Of a stretch of 64,000 nucleotides of DNA, positions 58,332 to 64,000 are shown piece by piece (position 1 is the first letter of the stretch; every line of letters begins with the position of its first letter). The notes beneath the pieces are model-generated. The model was given only the letters and a program-made list of their open reading frames with translations. It made no database searches and was not told where the DNA came from. Position numbers and translations under genes: made by a program. Source of the stretch: a virus. The stretch is from IMG/VR virus record IMGVR_UViG_3300035684_000001, positions 96,001 through 160,000 of that record. One strand, given 5' to 3'.

Positions 58332-58376
58332 AAATATCAATCACAATAGCGAAGAGGATTTTAACGGGACAAGATT

Positions 58377-58860
58377 ATGAATAAAAATCACGACAAATTA
58401 CTGGAAAGTCTAGATGTCGTAGGGTGTCGGGTTGTTTTGAACGGAATGGTAGCTCAAATACCTACTGACAACCTTTTTGAAGCGGACATCACTAGCCATA
58501 ATCCCGATGTGATTAGCGAAAAGATTGAGGAAATCTGCACAAAATCAGCGTTTCGACCAAAATCGCCAATCAAACCGACACATATTTTTTGTAGCGGAGC
58601 TGGTGTTCGATTAATGATTGCAGAAATCAAACAGTTGCAGTTGTTTCACAAGGTAAAGAGATAACTCCCGGCGTTAAAGTACCATTTATTTCTACTCCAT
58701 TCGGGGATGTAGAAATCGTTTCTACCGTCTATTTACAAGATAGAACAGAGCCAGGTGCAGATATCATTTCGTACTATATCGTTGACATGAAAAATTTCGT
58801 CGATCAAGGAACGTTTAGGCTCGACGTAAAAGCTCCTCGCGGTTCTAAGTTTGAGGGTTC
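58377..58860 (+). pseudogene. Diverged, frameshifted copy of the capsid 3' half
   Basis: NGMVAQIP.DNLF.ADIT...PTHIFCSGAG; 1-nt deletion near 58652; ~45-codon internal deletion; 58814-58859 identical to 58284-58329. Confidence 0.9.
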
Positions 58861-58863
58861 AAA

Positions 58864-59343
58864 ATGCTAAGTATTTCTCTTATCGTTACTAATAAATGGC
58901 GATCGCGCCCACCAATATTGATTGTTCCGGGTCACGGTATTGTTCGCCGACCCGGAATAGGAGGGCGTTTGGTTGTGAGCTATCAGGTGGTGGCAAATTG
59001 GTTAGTCAGTAACGGGTTTTGCAAGTTGGTGGAACCAGGAGAACCTCCAGAACCGCAACCTACAGAAGTACCAGTAATAGATCGCCAGCTATATATCACT
59101 CAAGACTCAAACTTGGAGTTCATTCCACCGCTAACAATCGATGTTCCGATCGAGAACGTGCGCTTGATCAACTTTTTTATGACAGCCGAACCCACTGAGA
59201 TTAACAGTGCAATTTCGGCTATTAGCCTCAAAAAAGCTCAAGAGCTCAAGCAAGTCGAAATTTTGCAGTGGTCGGATGTGGTGAGAGTTCTGAGTGATCG
59301 CGCGATCGAGGCAGCAATCAAGTGGGTTCAGACTGTGCCATAG
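58864..59343 (+). CDS. Hypothetical head-associated protein
   Basis: Follows the capsid locus. Confidence 0.6.
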   Translation: MLSISLIVTNKWRSRPPILIVPGHGIVRRPGIGGRLVVSYQVVANWLVSNGFCKLVEPGEPPEPQPTEVPVIDRQLYITQDSNLEFIPPLTIDVPIENVRLINFFMTAEPTEINSAISAISLKKAQELKQVEILQWSDVVRVLSDRAIEAAIKWVQTVP

Positions 59344-59428
59344 AAAAGCCCGCAACACTCCAAAGTTGCGGGCGATCGATAGTATACGCTCAAGAAATAA
59401 CACTTCTGAAATCTCAAAGAGCAAACGA

Positions 59429-59596
59429 ATGAATATCTTTCTTAAACCGGAACACGAGAAGTTTATTAAAGAACTGCGCCAAAAAATAGAAGTCGGAGCT
59501 GCACAAATTGTTAAGGGGCAAACAACAGACGGAGAGCTTGTGTTTGCTAGACTTCAAGAAAAATTGACGAAATACAATTCTCAGGATCGCGAGTAA
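59429..59596 (+). CDS. ParD-like antitoxin with internal deletion
   Basis: MNIFLKPEHEKFI joined to ELRQKIEVG..QI..G...DGE.VFARL; the central RHH portion appears missing. Confidence 0.55.
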   Translation: MNIFLKPEHEKFIKELRQKIEVGAAQIVKGQTTDGELVFARLQEKLTKYNSQDRE

Positions 59597-59909
59597 CCCA
59601 GCTTTTAAACACATTCAATCCAATCAGCAATTAAGTCGAATCAGCTTGTGCCATAGAAAAACCTGCAGCTTTTGATTGTTGCCGACGGGCGATCACCCTA
59701 AGAACAGACAACAAAAAGCCCCCGGATGGGTTGGGAGCCTCAAGTCTGTTGATATACTCCAGCGCTTTGTCAAGGCGCTAGTTTACTCGCTCAGTCTAAC
59801 ACGAATCGATCCAGCAATTTCGGCGTGATCGCGCCGAAAAAATCAATATTCAACCTCAACCAGGGAGCCTATTGCTTCCCGGTTTTTTGTAAAATCACAC
59901 CCAAAAATC

Positions 59910-60743
59910 ATGACCATCCAAGCACTGAAAGCTACCGTCTTAAAAGCTAAATTGAAAGATGCAGCAAGCCTGCAACCTTCAGAAAAAGCCTCGATCGCCC
60001 TCAGTCAAAGTTTATTCAATTACTCCGACCTAACCCCAGTTCGAGATCAGCACTATCAAATAATGCTTGCCGACGGCATTGAGGCGATCGACGGCACCTT
60101 GATTAAAAAGGGCTACATTTACGCCCCGCACTGGCAGCTACCAAAATCTACGACTCGACTGGATGTCAGGTATTTTAGCCAGGTTGACAATTACAGCGGT
60201 TATTTCGGCCCCGGAACGCGCCAGTGCAACCTGACAGCCTGTGCGATGTTTGCCGAACACCTGCTGGAAAAATTCGGTAAAAAAACCCTTTCCCAAAGAG
60301 CTGAGGATGACGGTTTGCAGGAGCCGGAAGACTACTACGGCAAAATTTTAAACAAGTACGGCGACACGATCGACCACGGTGCTCAAACAAAAGCCCTGAG
60401 AGATCTAGGGATTGACAGTTATTTTAGTTACACCCTTGACGTTCCAGAAGCGATCCATTCTCTTGAAAACGGCTATCCCGTGGTGCTAGGAGTCACTTAC
60501 AAAGTTAGTGGCCACATGATTTTGTTGGTTGGGTACGATCGCGCCAAACGAGAATTTTACGTTCACGACCCCTACGGTTCTCGGGCCGGTATTGCCGACT
60601 ACTACGCGGTGGTCGGTGGCGATAGCGGAAAATATGATGTCTACACCCAAGAATCTTTAGAGGCTATTTGGGGCGACAGCGGGTGGGGGCGGATTCCGGT
60701 TGCCGTTGGAGGGCGATCGACTGGACTGCCGACGAATTGGTGA
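59910..60743 (+). CDS. C39-like cysteine peptidase (cell-wall hydrolase candidate)
   Basis: QCNLTACAM, GHMILLVGYD, VHDPYG give the Cys/His/Asp triad. Confidence 0.8.
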   Translation: MTIQALKATVLKAKLKDAASLQPSEKASIALSQSLFNYSDLTPVRDQHYQIMLADGIEAIDGTLIKKGYIYAPHWQLPKSTTRLDVRYFSQVDNYSGYFGPGTRQCNLTACAMFAEHLLEKFGKKTLSQRAEDDGLQEPEDYYGKILNKYGDTIDHGAQTKALRDLGIDSYFSYTLDVPEAIHSLENGYPVVLGVTYKVSGHMILLVGYDRAKREFYVHDPYGSRAGIADYYAVVGGDSGKYDVYTQESLEAIWGDSGWGRIPVAVGGRSTGLPTNW

Positions 60744-60819
60744 GCGGGTATGTTATGAGCAGGTGGATTACCCAAACCACTCATAGTTCGTTGCCTCGGG
60801 TTCGACTCCCAGTGCGCCT
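60744..60819 (+). pseudogene. Degenerate tRNA-like element (CAU)
   Basis: CTCATAG loop and GGG-TTCGACT-CCC T arm at tRNA-like spacing; acceptor and D arms pair poorly. Confidence 0.3.
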
Positions 60820-60844
60820 TTTAATTGAGCAAAGTTTAGACAAC

Positions 60845-60878
60845 AAAAAAGCCACCCAAACTAATTGGGTGGCTTTTT
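60845..60878. terminator. Bidirectional terminator
   Basis: AAAAAAGCCACCCAA-ACTAA-TTGGGTGGCTTTTT. Confidence 0.85.
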
Positions 60879-60912
60879 ACTTATAAAACAAGGACGGAAA
60901 GCGGAAATATCA

Positions 60913-61170
60913 TTAACTCAAGTTGTGAGGAACCTGACTTGCCTCCATTTTTCCTGCGTAATTGCCTGCGCGGTCGTAGAGGCTTCCATCTTTGTGCATT
61001 ATTACTTCCTTGCCGTAATCTCGGAGATTCCGAACAAAACATTCTTCTTCTGCCTTATCGTAATAATTTGTCCCCTTTCCTTGCACTTTCCCTATCTTTT
61101 TTCTTTTGTTTGTTGCGGTATTTAGGATATACCAAAAATTCGATGAGGTGCATGAAGTTACGATCCACAT
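60913..61170 (-). CDS. Hypothetical accessory protein
   Basis: Own TGTTACAAT promoter at about 61207-61215. Confidence 0.55.
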   Translation of the reverse strand: MWIVTSCTSSNFWYILNTATNKRKKIGKVQGKGTNYYDKAEEECFVRNLRDYGKEVIMHKDGSLYDRAGNYAGKMEASQVPHNLS

Positions 61171-61300
61171 AATTTTTGATTTTGTCTTTGACTTGTGTTT
61201 ATACTTTATTGTAACAAATTTTAGTGTTCAAATCAAGTAAAATACTTTGCGGATTAATCAAATAATTTTCTAATTGATGAGCGATCGAATTTTAGGTAGC

Positions 61301-61337
61301 AAAAAGCCTCGCGATCGATTTGATCGCGAGGCTTTTT
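61301..61337. terminator. Bidirectional terminator
   Basis: AAAAAGCCTCGCGATC...GATCGCGAGGCTTTTT. Confidence 0.85.
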
Positions 61338-61344
61338 GCTGATC

Positions 61345-61599
61345 TTAATGGAAATAGACAAAAGCTAAGGTTTTTGTCAAATCAGTTAATTCCGCTTTCT
61401 CTAGACAGCAGATTTCATTTACTGCATCTGTAAAATCCTTAGATGGATTCTCAACAGAACGACTGACCAGACCTCTAACTGTTTCGGGACCGTGTGATGA
61501 GCAATAAACTGCTCCTATTATAAGCAGTTTTTCTTGTCGAGAAAGTTTGTTTAACTCTCGCAAAATTCGTGTTATGTCATACGATCGTACTTTTGTCAT
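61345..61599 (-). CDS. Hypothetical accessory protein
   Basis: Own promoter and leader. Confidence 0.6.
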   Translation of the reverse strand: MTKVRSYDITRILRELNKLSRQEKLLIIGAVYCSSHGPETVRGLVSRSVENPSKDFTDAVNEICCLEKAELTDLTKTLAFVYFH

Positions 61600-61703
61600 T
61601 GTTTTTTATTTTGTGATTTATTATAGTATAACATATATTGTGTGTTTGCATTTATTTGTAGTTTAGTATATTTAGTATAATATTTTGTTACAATTTATGC
61701 AGT

Positions 61704-61739
61704 AAAAAACCTCGCTATTTAATCGATAGCGAGGTTTTT
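61704..61739. terminator. Bidirectional terminator
   Basis: AAAAAACCTCGCTAT...ATAGCGAGGTTTTT. Confidence 0.85.
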
Positions 61740-61756
61740 AATTAAACAACAGACTT

Positions 61757-62089
61757 TTACTGCTGATTGAACAAGAAGTAGTTACTTAGTTCGGTTGTTG
61801 ATGTTTTGTGAATTTTTTTTGCCAATTCTTTGGCGGTCAAGGGAACTTCGGGAAGTTCGTCAATCAGGAATGCAAGATCGTCGGCAGTGCAGTACAACTG
61901 TTTCTCGAATACTGTAAGGCGATCGTGCTTAACCGCAATTTGTACAGCTTTTTCCCAAGAACATCCTAAAATACTTGAAATGCCGTAAAAGTCGCAAAGG
62001 ATCAATCCATCGCATTTGTAAATGTGATGAATTTTTGTACCTAATATGCTAAACACTTCTGTGGGCTGAATTGTCAGTATGTTTGTCAT
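61757..62089 (-). CDS. Hypothetical accessory protein
   Basis: Own TATAAT promoter. Confidence 0.6.
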   Translation of the reverse strand: MTNILTIQPTEVFSILGTKIHHIYKCDGLILCDFYGISSILGCSWEKAVQIAVKHDRLTVFEKQLYCTADDLAFLIDELPEVPLTAKELAKKIHKTSTTELSNYFLFNQQ

Positions 62090-62214
62090 GTTTTTGATTT
62101 TCTATTGTTATTTTATTATAACAAATAAATCAAGTTAATACATTTATATTTGGGTTTAAAAAAAATATGTGTCGTGTTTTGAGATAAAATTAGTAGATAC
62201 GGCATTTAGACAGC

Positions 62215-62250
62215 AAAAAGCCTTGGAATCAATTGATTCCAAGGCTTTTT
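62215..62250. terminator. Bidirectional terminator
   Basis: AAAAAGCCTTGGAATC-AATT-GATTCCAAGGCTTTTT. Confidence 0.85.
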
Positions 62251-62262
62251 GGCTAGATCGAT

Positions 62263-62985
62263 TTAGATAGTGATACCACATTTTGGAAGTTTCTTGCACA
62301 ACCAGTTGATATCACGATCGCTAATTTGATTGCCTCCGAGGTAGAGTCTTGTCAGATTAGTCAGCGATGCTAGTGGTTTGATATCGCTAATCTGATTGTT
62401 TTCGAGGGATAGCCCGACCAGATTAGTCAAAGTTGTTAGTGGCGTAAGATCGGTAACTTGACTGTCGCTGAGAGCAAGCCATTCCAAATTAGTCAAAGCT
62501 TGTAACGGTTCGAGGTTGGTAAATTGATAACCGTAGAGGTGATCGTAGATTACGAGATTAGTCAACTTAGTCAAAGCTCGTAACGCTTCAAGACTGCCGA
62601 TCTGGTTTGTTAAGTGTCTTGGCGGTTCAACGTCGCTAATCCGATTATTTCCTATGAAAAGCTCAGTTAGATTAATCAAAGAAGCTAGCGAATCAAAATT
62701 GCTGATTTGATTGCTTACCAGCATGAGCCAAGTTAGATTAGTCAAAGTTGTTAGTGGTGTAATATCGCTAACCGGATTGTCTCTGAGACAGAGCCGACTC
62801 AGGTTACTTAAAGAGGATAACGGCTTAATGTCGCTAATTTGATTGTTTTCAAGGTAAAGTGCCGTTAGGTTGACTAAAGATTCTAGCGGTTTAATCTCGC
62901 TGATTTGATAGTCAGCGAGATCAAGCTCTGTTAAATTGTTTAGGTCAAATTGAGCTAGAATTTTTTCAGTGTGTTGGATTGTCAT
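62263..62985 (-). CDS. Leucine-rich repeat protein (internalin-like 22-aa LRR)
   Basis: Repeated LTNLT.L.L..NQISDIKPL units. Confidence 0.95.
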   Translation of the reverse strand: MTIQHTEKILAQFDLNNLTELDLADYQISEIKPLESLVNLTALYLENNQISDIKPLSSLSNLSRLCLRDNPVSDITPLTTLTNLTWLMLVSNQISNFDSLASLINLTELFIGNNRISDVEPPRHLTNQIGSLEALRALTKLTNLVIYDHLYGYQFTNLEPLQALTNLEWLALSDSQVTDLTPLTTLTNLVGLSLENNQISDIKPLASLTNLTRLYLGGNQISDRDINWLCKKLPKCGITI

Positions 62986-63051
62986 TGTTTTAAGTTTGCG
63001 ATCATGTTACTTTTTTATTGTAACAATTAATTAATAAAAATACAACAAACC

Positions 63052-63585
63052 ATGAAATTTAAAGCAACCAAAAACGAGTTCCCTGCGCTCCGATCGCGCC
63101 TAACACAACTACAAAAACAAGTAGTACCAACTGGTCAAAAGTGGGCAGAAGAGGCAGCGAAAGAATTTGAGGAAAAATACCGATCACACTTAGCGACACA
63201 GGGTAGGGGCGGCGCGCCTCCTCCGCTATCGGAGGCAACCGAGTATATGTACAGTCAGTACGGGGAAACGGACGGCTCTGGCATATTGAATCACATCGAA
63301 TTTGGAAGCAAGACTAATGCCAAGGGTGCGATCTCCTGGGTGGGAATTCCGTCTGGGAAACCGACCGTGGTGGCGATCGTCCAAGACAGGGGGGCAACAA
63401 TTACCGTTACCCCCAAAATGCGGGGTTTCCTTGCTTCACGGGGGATTTTCTTGCGGGCCGATACGATGGCGATCGTTGTGCCGGGGCGCGGGTCTTGGAG
63501 CGAATCGATTCATCGGGCGATCGGCGAAGCAAAAACTCGACTAAAGCGGGATTTTGGTATCATCCTTGGCGCAGGCAAAAAATAA
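63052..63585 (+). CDS. Probable neck/tail-completion (virion morphogenesis) protein
   Basis: PPLSEAT, A.VQD.GATI.VTPKMRGFL, IVVPGR. Confidence 0.6.
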   Translation: MKFKATKNEFPALRSRLTQLQKQVVPTGQKWAEEAAKEFEEKYRSHLATQGRGGAPPPLSEATEYMYSQYGETDGSGILNHIEFGSKTNAKGAISWVGIPSGKPTVVAIVQDRGATITVTPKMRGFLASRGIFLRADTMAIVVPGRGSWSESIHRAIGEAKTRLKRDFGIILGAGKK

Positions 63586-63620
63586 GACCGTAAGATTTTT
63601 GGTCTTACGGTCTTATTTTT
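63578..63620. terminator. Bidirectional terminator
   Basis: AAAAATAAGACCGTAAGA...TCTTACGGTCTTATTTTT. Confidence 0.85.
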
Positions 63621-63912
63621 AAATAGCTATACAGTAAACTAGCAGAGCTAATTCTAGCACTGCATTTACTGAATGTTTTGAGTACCCGCTTTTGCAGGAA
63701 ATCAAAAATGCTAAGGCATATTGAATTATTGTTAAGCCTATTATTTCAGTTACAAAATGAATTGGGATATGTATGATATATCCGTGTCCGTAGGACATCT
63801 CAATTGTTTTGACGATCGCCTCACCAAACTCCAACAAAGTAGTCGCTAGTGGAAAGATCTCCAGCAAAAATTGGATCGGATTACTTCGATCAACGTGATT
63901 ATTTAAGTTCAT
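63619..63912 (-). CDS. Small membrane protein
   Basis: Hydrophobic ORF with AACACAGAACAAA leader. Confidence 0.5.
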   Translation of the reverse strand: MNLNNHVDRSNPIQFLLEIFPLATTLLEFGEAIVKTIEMSYGHGYIIHIPIHFVTEIIGLTIIQYALAFLISCKSGYSKHSVNAVLELALLVYCIAI

Positions 63913-64000
63913 GATGCTTTGTTCTGTGTTTATAATAATATTATATCATAAAAATATATTAATTTAAACGTTAAATAGAATTTTCAGTATTATTTTGCTA

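Noticed and set aside
57765-58860. Diversity-generating retroelement (TR/VR) behind the capsid duplication or the Mtd_N fibres
   Set aside because: Mismatches are not confined to adenines, indels are present, and no reverse transcriptase is visible in the window.

Overview
The window looks like part of a large temperate, contractile-tailed phage (prophage or phage-plasmid) of a filamentous cyanobacterium. The host inference rests on abundant HIP1 octamers (GCGATCGC) and cyanobacterial-type genes. It encodes a portal, prohead protease/scaffold, major capsid protein, head-tail adaptors, tail sheath and tube, baseplate hub, a 1468-aa gp5/VgrG-like spike, several fibre proteins and four wall hydrolases. 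It also carries a replication initiator with internal iterons, ThyA, MazG-like and YjjX-like nucleotide enzymes, an initiator tRNA, and many small promoter-plus-terminator accessory cassettes. No terminase or integrase is visible in this window. The main finding is at 17332-19170. An intact TnpB lies downstream of the spike gene, and the sequence following its right end (the predicted omegaRNA guide) is a 102-nt diverged copy of that gene's own 3' end. The copy starts exactly after a TTGAT TAM, and the resident gene carries two synonymous seed mismatches. This is the layout expected of an RNA-guided homing or phage-competition cassette. Other diverged fragments of virion genes are scattered through the window, including a capsid half-copy and a protease paralogue lacking its predicted catalytic residues. 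There is also an Acb2-like anti-defence candidate and a GAF-GAF-PAS sensor gene missed by the ORF track. All family assignments come from motif recognition by eye; no database search was run.
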